Of a DNA stretch of 40,182 nt, positions 1-8,667 are shown one piece after another. The DNA comes from a virus: IMG/VR virus record IMGVR_UViG_3300022690_000259, positions 1 to 40,182 of that record; one strand, written 5' to 3'. The notes under the pieces were generated by a model that had not been told where the DNA came from, searched no databases, and saw only the letters and a program-made list of their open reading frames with translations. Each line of letters begins with the position of its first letter. The first letter of the stretch is position 1. Made by a program: the position numbers and the translations under genes.

Positions 1-144
1 GCAGCCGGTGCAATTGTAGTTGGCGCAGGTTTGGCAACCGATGCCTTACTTGATTTAACCAAAGAAATAAACAAATCTAACTCCGAGGTAACTAAATTAT
101 TTCAAGTCACGGGCGAGGAATTACAAAAACTTAGCGCGGGCATT
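1..144. repeat. Terminal direct repeat, copy 1 (144 bp, identical to 40039..40182)
   Basis: Base-by-base reading shows positions 1-144 and 40039-40182 are the same string. This implies a 40,038-bp genome unit, from circular-contig overlap or terminal redundancy. Confidence 0.95.
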
Positions 145-2244
145 CAGGCCACGGCTGACACATTCGGAAAAGAATTTAATGAAGTACTCGTAGTCGCCAA
201 TACATTAAGTAAAGAATTTGGTATTTCAGGTGAGGAAGCATTGGACAAAATCAACAAAGGCTTTCTGGCCGGCGCAGATATCAACGGCGAATTTTTAGAC
301 ACCTTGCGCGAATACCCAACCCAATTTAGGGAGTCAGGATTTTCCGCAGATGAATTCATAAGCATAATAACAGCCCAAACTACTGAAGGTATATTTTCAG
401 ATAAGGGTATTGATGCGGTTAAAGAATTTGGCCTAGCAATTCGGGAACAAACAGAGCCGGCCAAAAAAGCACTTGAAGACGCATTCGGTAAAGATTTCAC
501 CGACAAGTTATTGAAAGGAGTTAGAGATGGATCTATCACAACAGCGCAAGCATTAAAAACCGTTACCGGAGCTTTAAAAAATCAAGGTATCGAAGCTGAT
601 AGAGTTGGCGCTGTGTTGGCTGATTTATTCAAAGGCGCTGGCGAAGATGCTGGATTAAGATTTATCAAAACATTATCGGATATCAACACCAACATTGATG
701 ACTTGGTGGATGAAACCGACAAATTTACTCAGTCACAATTAAAGCTTTTAGATGCTAACCAACGAATTGAGTTCGCGCAACAACAGATTGTAGCGGCTTT
801 CGACCTAACCGGTGATGAATTAAGTGGGTTAACGGATCAATTTACAGCCTTTGCCTTGGAAACATTAGTAAAGGTTATTGATGTTGGCGTAGATATAATT
901 AATTTCTTCATTGAATTACAAAACCAATCAGCCGCGGCTAGGCTTATTTTTGGGTTGTTTGGTGCTACTATAGGGGCTACTGTAGATTTTGCCATTTTAC
1001 AATTTGAATTGTTATTTGATTCCGCCAAGTTGGTGGGTAATGTTTTAAAGGGCGCATTTACTTTAGATTTTGCCGCTATTAAATCAGCTTTATCTACAGG
1101 GTTTTCAGATATAAACAGCACTGCTTCGGATTTCGGTAAAAGCGTAGGCACAAGTTTTACGGGGGCTTTTGAAAATGCAATCAAGCAAGAAAAGCCAATT
1201 GAAAAGATCAGCAAGGAAACCCTATTCAAACCAGCTGAAAAAATAGGTGCTGCAGCGGGTAAAGTTGCGGGTGATTCTTTTGTAAAAGGAATACAAACAA
1301 GCACATCTGATCAGAAAAAAGCAGAGGCAACTGCAAAGAAGGCTAATGATGCAGCCGCCAAAGCGTTTAAAAAGTTCTTTACCCCTTTAGATGATTTAGA
1401 ATTCAAAGTTGAACCTGATTTTGTTTTTCAAGAGGTAGACCCAAAGGAAAAGAAGAGGGTTTTTGAGAAATTATTTGGGTTTACTAAAGAAGATCAGGAG
1501 GCGTTTTTACAAGAGGCAACAGATTTTGCTGCAGCATTAGCTGAAGGTGTTAATGAGGTGATATTTGCTGGTAAACAAAAAAGATTACAGGAAGAAACTG
1601 ACGCGGAATTAACTGCTCTTGATGATCAGACCAACAACCAAATAACTGCTTTAAAAGATCAGTTAGATCAAGATTTATCAAACACCAACTTAAGTGACGA
1701 GCAAAAATTAAAATTAAAAAAGGATTTTGAGTTAGCAAGTACAGCCTTAGAGCAGGATGCAGCCGACAGAAGGGCAAAAATAGAAACCGAAGCTGCTAGG
1801 AAATCAAGAGGTTTAGAGGTAAAACAGGCGATAATATCAGCAATACTAGCAGGTGTTCGGGCATTGGCCGCGCCTCCGGGGCCGCCTTTTACTATTCCTG
1901 CGGCTGCATCTGCAACGGCATTTGGTTTATTACAAGCTGGTAAGATAGCGGCAACGCCTTTGGCTTTGGGTGCTGACTTTGTAACGTCGGGGCCACAATT
2001 ATTATTAGTGGGTGATAATCCAGGCGGACAGGAACGAGTAGAGGTAACGCCATTAAGCAGCCCGAATGTTAATGGCCCTCAGGTGAATCAAAACTTCGTC
2101 AACAATCAAAATGCATTAGATAATGATGCAATTGCAGATATAGTAATACAAAGCGTGAGAATGATACCTGTAGTAGTCACTGAGGGCGATATAAGCGATA
2201 CGCAAAGGCGAGTAAAAGTAATTGAAAATGAAAGCAGTTTTTGA
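1..2244 (+). CDS. Tail tape measure protein, C-terminal part (continues from 39427..40182 across the junction)
   Basis: 40038 is divisible by 3, so the frame opened at ATG 39427 continues into 1..2244 (combined 2856 nt, about 951 aa). The protein is long, Ala/Lys/Glu/Gln-rich and helical, with a hydrophobic Gly/Ala segment (LIFGLFGATIGATV). Its C-terminal GPQLLLVGDNPGGQERVEVTPL is typical of siphovirus tape-measure C-termini. The TTG start at 31 in the ORF track is a window-edge artefact. Confidence 0.75.
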   Translation, partial: AAGAIVVGAGLATDALLDLTKEINKSNSEVTKLFQVTGEELQKLSAGIQATADTFGKEFNEVLVVANTLSKEFGISGEEALDKINKGFLAGADINGEFLDTLREYPTQFRESGFSADEFISIITAQTTEGIFSDKGIDAVKEFGLAIREQTEPAKKALEDAFGKDFTDKLLKGVRDGSITTAQALKTVTGALKNQGIEADRVGAVLADLFKGAGEDAGLRFIKTLSDINTNIDDLVDETDKFTQSQLKLLDANQRIEFAQQQIVAAFDLTGDELSGLTDQFTAFALETLVKVIDVGVDIINFFIELQNQSAAARLIFGLFGATIGATVDFAILQFELLFDSAKLVGNVLKGAFTLDFAAIKSALSTGFSDINSTASDFGKSVGTSFTGAFENAIKQEKPIEKISKETLFKPAEKIGAAAGKVAGDSFVKGIQTSTSDQKKAEATAKKANDAAAKAFKKFFTPLDDLEFKVEPDFVFQEVDPKEKKRVFEKLFGFTKEDQEAFLQEATDFAAALAEGVNEVIFAGKQKRLQEETDAELTALDDQTNNQITALKDQLDQDLSNTNLSDEQKLKLKKDFELASTALEQDAADRRAKIETEAARKSRGLEVKQAIISAILAGVRALAAPPGPPFTIPAAASATAFGLLQAGKIAATPLALGADFVTSGPQLLLVGDNPGGQERVEVTPLSSPNVNGPQVNQNFVNNQNALDNDAIADIVIQSVRMIPVVVTEGDISDTQRRVKVIENESSF

Positions 2245-2428
2245 AAAAGCAACCGGCAAAGTGAAAATTGAGCGTAGAAAAATATGTGGGGGGTGTCCTC
2301 ATATAAGGGCTAAGTTCAGAATATTTGGAATTCCATTAGCAAATAGAAATCAATGCGGTGTTTGCAAGTGCGATGTTAAATTAAAAACAAGTTTAAAATT
2401 GGAGAAATGCCCGAAAGGAAAGTGGTAA
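2222..2428 (+). CDS. Small Cys-rich (zinc-ribbon-like) protein
   Basis: 68 aa with Cys clusters (CGGCPH, CGVCKC, CPKGKW). The ATG overlaps the tape-measure stop. Confidence 0.5.
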   Translation: MKMKAVFEKATGKVKIERRKICGGCPHIRAKFRIFGIPLANRNQCGVCKCDVKLKTSLKLEKCPKGKW

Positions 2429-2622
2429 CAGATTTCGAAGATGAAATCAAAGAGCATTTGGCGGCGCTTAAAAAAAGCGGAACGATGACGCCAGATGTAA
2501 AAGCAATACATGCCCTCTGTTTAATATATGAGCAAACAACATTGAACAACGTTTGCTTATCATGCCCTAGAAGTCTATCAAAAGTTCATAAATATTTTAT
2601 CCAACAAGCAAAGTTTTTTTAA
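2407..2622 (+). CDS. Hypothetical protein
   Basis: 71-aa + strand ORF tiled between neighbours. Its stop overlaps the next start (TAATG at 2620-2624). Confidence 0.5.
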   Translation: MPERKVVTDFEDEIKEHLAALKKSGTMTPDVKAIHALCLIYEQTTLNNVCLSCPRSLSKVHKYFIQQAKFF

Positions 2623-2939
2623 TGGCAAACGGAGAAATCAAAAAAGAAGTAGTTGAAAGTTTTGTTAAGAATTTTAAAACTGACTTACAAAAGAAGTATG
2701 GAGAAAATACCAGTATAGAAAAAGTCCTTTACCATCTAGTAGATAGGGGTGTAATTCCTTCCGGTAGGGTTAGGGATTTCGCTATTGTTCATGACTTTCA
2801 GCAAAAACAAAGTACCATTTCAACCATGAACTGGACAATGAGTAACGAGGTTAAATACAACCTAGAAAGCAGACAAATACAGCGAGTAATAAAAAAACAC
2901 ACACTAAGATATTGCTGCGGTAAATATGTAAGTAATTAA
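2622..2939 (+). CDS. Hypothetical protein
   Basis: 105-aa + strand ORF with a TAATG-coupled start. Confidence 0.5.
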   Translation: MANGEIKKEVVESFVKNFKTDLQKKYGENTSIEKVLYHLVDRGVIPSGRVRDFAIVHDFQQKQSTISTMNWTMSNEVKYNLESRQIQRVIKKHTLRYCCGKYVSN

Positions 2940-2996
2940 TCATAGTTCCAGAAATGTCATACACAATTTTACCAATCAGTGGTATAATTGTAGTGT

Positions 2997-4061
2997 ATGA
3001 AGCAATTATTTAAATCCGATTGGTCAATAATTACAGCTAAAAGCGATAAAGTTGTAGATATCGATATCGAAGGTATAATTGGATTTGATTGGTGGGACGA
3101 CGACAAGGATATTATCAAGTCTAAAGAGGCCATGAAAGCCGAACTGAAAGTAATTTCCTCTATAAAAGCCACTCACATAAATGTAAATATCAATTCACCT
3201 GGCGGAGATGTCGCCCACGGATTTTCAATTCATGATTTATTAGCCTCGCATGAAGCGCACATTACCACAAAAGTAAATGGCTTAACTGCTAGTGCTGCAA
3301 CGGTAATTGCTCAAGCTGGCGACGTTCGGGAAATGTCTGATAACGCTTTGTATTTAGTACATAACGCGTCAACATGGGCGTTTGGTAATAAAAACAGTTT
3401 ACTATCAACAGTTGGCAGTCTTGAAAAGGTTGACGATAGAATGAGTAATCTGTATGCTAAGAGAAGCGGAAAAACTAAAGAGTCTTTTGAGGCTCTAATG
3501 GATTCTGATAATGGATTGGGCGAATGGATTAGTGCAGAGGAAGCAAAAGACGCGGGGTTGATTGACGAAGTATTTGAGCCAATGGCAATAGCTGCAGTTG
3601 CAGTTGAAATAAATCATAAAAAATACGGTTACCCAGATTATAAAAACAAATTTCAAAATTTAAATATACCAAAAATGGCAAACGAAAATTCAGAAACTAC
3701 CGACGCGAAGGTCGAATCTGTCTTGGATAAATTCAAGGCTTTACTAAATATTAAAAAAGTGGAAGCTAAAAAGGAGGAGCCAAAAACGGCTATTACCGAT
3801 GAAGAAATTCAAGCATTTGCAGACACTACCAACGCGCAAATAGAAGCTGTTACAATTGCTAAGGATAAAGAAATTGCAGATTTAACCGAGTCAAAGGATA
3901 AAGAAATAGCGGCCTTAAAAGCCAAGCTAGCAAAACGTGAAGTCACCGCAACGAATATTGAATCAAAAGATGATTCAATTAATTCTAAGAGTGAGCCTGA
4001 ATTCTCTTCATTAGCAGGGCGGCAATTATCTAAAATTCAAAGAAAACTAGGTGTAAAATAA
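2997..4061 (+). CDS. Prohead protease (ClpP/S14-like) with scaffold-like C-terminal domain
   Basis: NINSPGGDV, LTASAATVIAQAG and LYLVHNAS match the ClpP-family phage prohead protease core. The C-terminal ~130 aa is Lys/Glu/Ala-rich coiled coil with a KDKEIADL/KDKEIAAL repeat. The gene sits immediately upstream of the capsid gene. Confidence 0.8.
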   Translation: MKQLFKSDWSIITAKSDKVVDIDIEGIIGFDWWDDDKDIIKSKEAMKAELKVISSIKATHINVNINSPGGDVAHGFSIHDLLASHEAHITTKVNGLTASAATVIAQAGDVREMSDNALYLVHNASTWAFGNKNSLLSTVGSLEKVDDRMSNLYAKRSGKTKESFEALMDSDNGLGEWISAEEAKDAGLIDEVFEPMAIAAVAVEINHKKYGYPDYKNKFQNLNIPKMANENSETTDAKVESVLDKFKALLNIKKVEAKKEEPKTAITDEEIQAFADTTNAQIEAVTIAKDKEIADLTESKDKEIAALKAKLAKREVTATNIESKDDSINSKSEPEFSSLAGRQLSKIQRKLGVK

Positions 4062-4067
4062 ATAATT

Positions 4068-5081
4068 ATGGCTGATCAATTAACAACAAATTTCACCCAC
4101 CAATGGGCGGGTGTTGAGATAACAGAAAACCTGTTTTTTGAGCCTCAATTAGAGGGTAAAGATCTATACAGAGAATTCCAATTTATACCCGACGTACAAG
4201 GCAAAACCAATATTTACTTACCCAGAAAACTACAAAAGGTTTTACGTAAGGATACAGGTTGCGGAGTCACTGCCGCTGGCACAACCACGATTAACGATAA
4301 AACGTTAGAGCCTTGTAAAATTCGTCTAGACCTCGAGCAGTGTGAAGATGAATTTGATAACACTGTTTTTGAGAAATTCAGACGTTCGGGAGTTGATAGA
4401 AACGACCTTACGGGTACTCTTATCGAGGAAATAATGTTAGAGCAGACCACTAGAGCAATCCGAGAGGATAACCAAAAATTACTTTGGTTCGGTGATGATG
4501 CGGATGCAGATGATTTCTACGGAATTTGCGACGGTTTTTGGAGATTCTTTATTGATGCATCAAGTAATTTAGGCGTTTCAATTGACATGTCAAACAACGC
4601 CAATATCGAAGATAGCAACGGCGATCTTGTAGAGGATGGCGCATTAGTTGTTTTGAGACAACTTTGGAAAGAACAACCAGCGGTATTACGGAATATTCCT
4701 AAAGCAGAAAAACGATTTTATGTTACTGCTACTATTTGGGATAACTATCTAGAAACATTAGAGCAGTTGGGTACAGATGCGGGATTAACAACTTTGCAAG
4801 ATGGGAATATTATGCTTTCATTCAGAGGTGTTAGGCTTGTAGAAATGAGTGAATGGGATGATGCATTAGCAGATGTTGCTAATCCGTTCAATGCAGAGAT
4901 TGGGGCGAATGCAATTCTTTACACCACTCCGGTTAATTTGGTTATTGGCGCAGACATTACCAATCCTGAGTCTGAGATAAGAATTAGATTTGATGTAGAA
5001 ACCGAGCTAGTGAAAACAAGAGCTAAGTTTATTCAGGGCGTTCAATTCGTTGAGGAAGTGCTAATTGGAATAGCTATTTAA
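4068..5081 (+). CDS. Major capsid protein (putative, HK97-fold by position and size)
   Basis: 337 aa directly downstream of the protease/scaffold, in the canonical position. I did not see motif-level proof. Confidence 0.65.
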   Translation: MADQLTTNFTHQWAGVEITENLFFEPQLEGKDLYREFQFIPDVQGKTNIYLPRKLQKVLRKDTGCGVTAAGTTTINDKTLEPCKIRLDLEQCEDEFDNTVFEKFRRSGVDRNDLTGTLIEEIMLEQTTRAIREDNQKLLWFGDDADADDFYGICDGFWRFFIDASSNLGVSIDMSNNANIEDSNGDLVEDGALVVLRQLWKEQPAVLRNIPKAEKRFYVTATIWDNYLETLEQLGTDAGLTTLQDGNIMLSFRGVRLVEMSEWDDALADVANPFNAEIGANAILYTTPVNLVIGADITNPESEIRIRFDVETELVKTRAKFIQGVQFVEEVLIGIAI

Positions 5082-5101
5082 TAACCTTAAAATTAACAAC
5101 T

Positions 5102-5641
5102 ATGTCAATATCAAGTGGTTTAACAATAGCATGTGACGATGAAAACAGAAGAGGGGGCGTAAAAACCCTTTGGCTGACAGAGCGTGTTAATATCGTGGAC
5201 TTTACACCAGGTGTTAGCGATCACGAATACACAGCCGTTGAATTAACCGGAACGCCTGTACAGTTTTACAAATTCGATTTTACCGACTTTTCGGGCGGTG
5301 CTGGTTCGGAAGGATCTATCGAAAACGGTTCTGATTCTCAAGCTGTAAGCTTAGAATTCCATATACCAAAAATGGATAAAATCAAAGCGACTACATTGAA
5401 TTGCTTAAAACAATCATGTAAGGTTGTAGCGATTTACGAAGATTTCAATAAAAAATTCTTCGTAGCGGGATTCGATGAAGTTATAGAAGAAAAAGCAGCT
5501 TTGGAAGTCGCGGTTAATGAATTAGGAGGAACCGCCTTGCAGGATGAAAATGGTTACGTAATTTTGTTAACCGGCGAGGCTGCGGATCTTCAACGAGAGT
5601 TTACGGGCGATACTACGAATGCAACAATATTCCAACAATAA
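5102..5641 (+). CDS. Virion structural protein (possibly tail tube or head-associated)
   Basis: 179 aa, last gene before a strong terminator in the protease-capsid transcription unit. It is beta-rich and acidic, and its size fits tail tube or decoration proteins. Function is an inference. Confidence 0.4.
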   Translation: MSISSGLTIACDDENRRGGVKTLWLTERVNIVDFTPGVSDHEYTAVELTGTPVQFYKFDFTDFSGGAGSEGSIENGSDSQAVSLEFHIPKMDKIKATTLNCLKQSCKVVAIYEDFNKKFFVAGFDEVIEEKAALEVAVNELGGTALQDENGYVILLTGEAADLQREFTGDTTNATIFQQ

Positions 5642-5647
5642 TATATA

Positions 5648-5679
5648 GGGTAGGCATCCAGTGCCTACCCCCTTTTTTT
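5648..5679 (+). terminator. Rho-independent terminator
   Basis: GGGTAGGCA (5648-5656) pairs perfectly with TGCCTACCC (5662-5670) across a 5-nt loop, followed by CC and T7. Confidence 0.8.
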
Positions 5680-5689
5680 ACTTTGAGAC

Positions 5690-7063
5690 ATGACCAAAAA
5701 AAAAGGTAGAAACCAAAAAATACAACGTGCGGAAGTAGAAAAAAAAGGCAGAATATTAGCAAGCTCACATTTAACCGTACCTACTAGCACATCACCGCGA
5801 GAAATTGACCGTAGGGACAGAATCACAACACCTTGGGTTTTATTTTACAGAGACTCGTTAAATGCATTTCCAAATAATTTAGCGGATCAGATTTTAAAAA
5901 GTGGCACCAATTCGGGTATCATAAATTCCAAAAGAACGCTTACTGTTGGTGATGGATTGAGGTACACAAAGGACGGTGAGGATTTTCAATTAACAGGTGA
6001 TGATCTGGATTTTGTTGAATCAATTAATCCACAAGACGATTCATTGGAGGAATTATACAATGATGTGGCTTTTGATTTTATAGGTTGGGGCGCTTCTTAT
6101 GTTAGAGGTATACGGGATACGGAAAATAATATTCACTTAGATCATATAGACGTTACCAAGGTCCGGTTGAGCCCACGAAATGCAGAAGGAATAATTGAAA
6201 CAGCTTTTATTAGCCCTGATTGGGTTAGAATCGGCAATAAAAGGAGTGCTGATAAGGAGCAAAAAAGGCGAATGGCAACCATTCCTATTTTTGACGCCTC
6301 TAAAAAGCAAAAAGAATTTATATTTATACTGAAACGTAATTTTCCTGGCTTGGATTATTACGGTGTACCTGATTACATGGGCGCTGTTTTGAGTGGTTGG
6401 GTTGATATCAATTACAGAATAGGCCGGTTCAATATTGACGACCTGGACAATGGGTTAATGCCTTCAGCTTTAATTCAATTTTTCGGCGAGCCACCGGAGG
6501 GAATGTCACCAAAACAATACATCCAAGCAATGAAAGACAATTTTACCGGTCAGGGCAAAAACGGTAAAATGTTGTTTCAATTTTTGGAGGAAAGCGGACA
6601 GGCTGCAAATGTTCAATTATTTGAAGGCGTCAAACAGGGGCATTTTGAAATATTAGATAAGATGGCCGACCAATCATTAGTAACGGCTCATGGATGGTAT
6701 AGAAGCTTAACCGGATTAGCGGAGCCTGGCAGTTTAGGAAGCAACCAACAGATTCTTAATGAGTTTGATTTGGCTATGAATATGAAAGTCATTCCAGATT
6801 ATAGAAGGCCAATAAACAGATTCTTCAATCGTATGCTGAAAATTGCTGAAAAAGATTTTCAAGTGGCGGTAATTAATCTTGAGCCTTTATCTCTATCAAA
6901 TCGAATTGATGCAAATAAATGCTTAACAGTTGACGAGGGAAGGGAGATATTAGGAAGGCCACCGCATAAAGACAAGGAAATCGGCAAACAATTAATTGAC
7001 TTAGAAGACAGAGAAGACGATGATGCTACTACAAGCAACGGAAGCCGTAGAGGCAATAACTAA
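5690..7063 (+). CDS. Portal protein (putative)
   Basis: 457 aa. Size, an acidic C-terminus and segments such as ADQILKSGTNSGIINSKRTLTVGDGL and NFTGQGKNGKMLF resemble the phage portal family (PF04860-like). It lies in the head module. Confidence 0.65.
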   Translation: MTKKKGRNQKIQRAEVEKKGRILASSHLTVPTSTSPREIDRRDRITTPWVLFYRDSLNAFPNNLADQILKSGTNSGIINSKRTLTVGDGLRYTKDGEDFQLTGDDLDFVESINPQDDSLEELYNDVAFDFIGWGASYVRGIRDTENNIHLDHIDVTKVRLSPRNAEGIIETAFISPDWVRIGNKRSADKEQKRRMATIPIFDASKKQKEFIFILKRNFPGLDYYGVPDYMGAVLSGWVDINYRIGRFNIDDLDNGLMPSALIQFFGEPPEGMSPKQYIQAMKDNFTGQGKNGKMLFQFLEESGQAANVQLFEGVKQGHFEILDKMADQSLVTAHGWYRSLTGLAEPGSLGSNQQILNEFDLAMNMKVIPDYRRPINRFFNRMLKIAEKDFQVAVINLEPLSLSNRIDANKCLTVDEGREILGRPPHKDKEIGKQLIDLEDREDDDATTSNGSRRGNN

Positions 7064-7508
7064 ATACGACGATAGCGATATTGTCAAAGGCATAATAATA
7101 TGCTTTGTTTTAATGATGGCATTTATTACAATAGCTGGCGTTGTGTATGTGAAGTTTTTTCAAACTAAGTTTGATTTAAGCAAATTACCACCAGTGAAAA
7201 TAAATATTTCAGCATTAGACGCGATGGAAATAACACATGCTATGGTTGAAAAAATATTTAAAATACCTATTAATGGAGTTTCAGCAGAAAAAAGAGCGTC
7301 AGACCTACAGCATAAAACAAATGAGGCTTTAGCGAATAATTCAGATATAGCTACTTTAATTGTTGAGTTAATCGATACGATGGGTAAGCTCGTTACATCG
7401 GTTCAAAGTATGGATTCGAATATGAGTAGTTTTTATAAGTCTCAAGGTGGAAAAACAGATAAACTTAACGATACTATTTTAGAATTTGTCTTGAAAAAGA
7501 CAGTATAA
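7020..7508 (+). CDS. Membrane-anchored hypothetical protein
   Basis: 162 aa with one clear hydrophobic helix (IIICFVLMMAFITIAGVVYV). It overlaps the portal 3' end by 44 nt. Confidence 0.5.
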   Translation: MMLLQATEAVEAITKYDDSDIVKGIIICFVLMMAFITIAGVVYVKFFQTKFDLSKLPPVKINISALDAMEITHAMVEKIFKIPINGVSAEKRASDLQHKTNEALANNSDIATLIVELIDTMGKLVTSVQSMDSNMSSFYKSQGGKTDKLNDTILEFVLKKTV

Positions 7509-7532
7509 CCGACGCTTGGACACCCGCAAAGG

Positions 7533-8168
7533 ATGCGTTATAAAACCGACACCATGGAAACAACAATAGATAATAACGTGCAGAATCTACAAGTAAATAG
7601 AGGCAATGATATTTATGAATTCCCAAAGCATTCGTGTAGGATTGGATTGAGGAATAATGTACTAACTATACGGGACGTATCAGATGATAGGGGTGAAGTT
7701 GTTACATTAAATTCTGACGATGTAACAAGCCCTTCAGAAACTAACAACACCGCTTTAGCCTTAACTTTAATTGGATTTTTAGATACGGGCGTTGGTGCAA
7801 GTACAGTGGCTGCGCTTCAAATAATAGACACAAGCATTACAGATGCAGTAAATAATATAACCGTTAGTCAGCCCAATTCAGCAACAGCCACAATTCCAAC
7901 GGCTTTTACTTTAAATGATAGTACAAGCGTGAAAATAGCCGATGTGGATTCGGGGCGAAAATATATACACATTTGTAATAACGACACTCAAAAAGATGTT
8001 TGGATAAAACTTCAAGCCGCAAGTATTGACAGCTTGAAAAAAGGAATTTTATTAGAAGCTAAAGGTAATACGGGTAGCCACTTTACTTTAGACGCATCTA
8101 TTTATCGTGGTGAAATATCAGCTATTGCGGAGTCGGGCACTCCGGTTGTAAATGTAACAGAATTCTAA
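7533..8168 (+). CDS. Hypothetical virion-module protein
   Basis: 211-aa ORF. Its stop overlaps the next start (TAATG). Confidence 0.55.
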   Translation: MRYKTDTMETTIDNNVQNLQVNRGNDIYEFPKHSCRIGLRNNVLTIRDVSDDRGEVVTLNSDDVTSPSETNNTALALTLIGFLDTGVGASTVAALQIIDTSITDAVNNITVSQPNSATATIPTAFTLNDSTSVKIADVDSGRKYIHICNNDTQKDVWIKLQAASIDSLKKGILLEAKGNTGSHFTLDASIYRGEISAIAESGTPVVNVTEF

Positions 8169-8665
8169 TGGCAGCAACAACAGAAATAATAACCAGCGCG
8201 GAAATAATCGAATTATCGATACCTCTAAAAGCAGGGTTTGAGCCTCGTTATTTTGACAAATGGATTTTAAAAGGACAAAGGCAATGGGTTAAACCATTTT
8301 TGGGGGTAGATTTTTATGATGAAATTTTGGATGAAATTGAAGGTACACTAACATCTGATAATGAAACATTAGTTACTGATTATTTAAAGCCAATGTTAGC
8401 CCACTATATGTTGTATGAAAGGTTGCCGCAAATAAGTTCGCATGTAACAAATGCCGGCGTAACAAGTCAAACAGATGAATTTAGCGCGCCTGCTCCACAA
8501 ATAAGCATAAGCGGAATTAGAAACCAAGCCCTTTCAGATGCGCAACATTTTGAGGAGCAAACCAGAGAATTTATCAAAGAAGCTCAAGAAGACGATTCAA
8601 GTAAATACCCTTTGTTTGAGTGCGGTAAAAAGAATAGTAACAAATACGGGTTTATATTTTATTAG
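8168..8665 (+). CDS. Hypothetical protein (possible head-tail connector)
   Basis: 165 aa with a TAATG-coupled start. The connector call rests on position only. Confidence 0.5.
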   Translation: MAATTEIITSAEIIELSIPLKAGFEPRYFDKWILKGQRQWVKPFLGVDFYDEILDEIEGTLTSDNETLVTDYLKPMLAHYMLYERLPQISSHVTNAGVTSQTDEFSAPAPQISISGIRNQALSDAQHFEEQTREFIKEAQEDDSSKYPLFECGKKNSNKYGFIFY

Positions 8666-8667
8666 AT

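Noticed and set aside
1-144. The 144-bp end repeat as a genuine physical direct terminal repeat
   Set aside because: It cannot be distinguished from a circular-assembly overlap using sequence alone. It lies in the middle of the tape-measure coding sequence with no flanking packaging signals, which favours an assembly overlap or a permuted genome. It is kept as a repeat feature only.
31-2244. TTG start at 31 for the first ORF
   Set aside because: It is an artefact of the window edge. The frame is open from position 1 and is the in-frame continuation of the ORF starting at ATG 39427.
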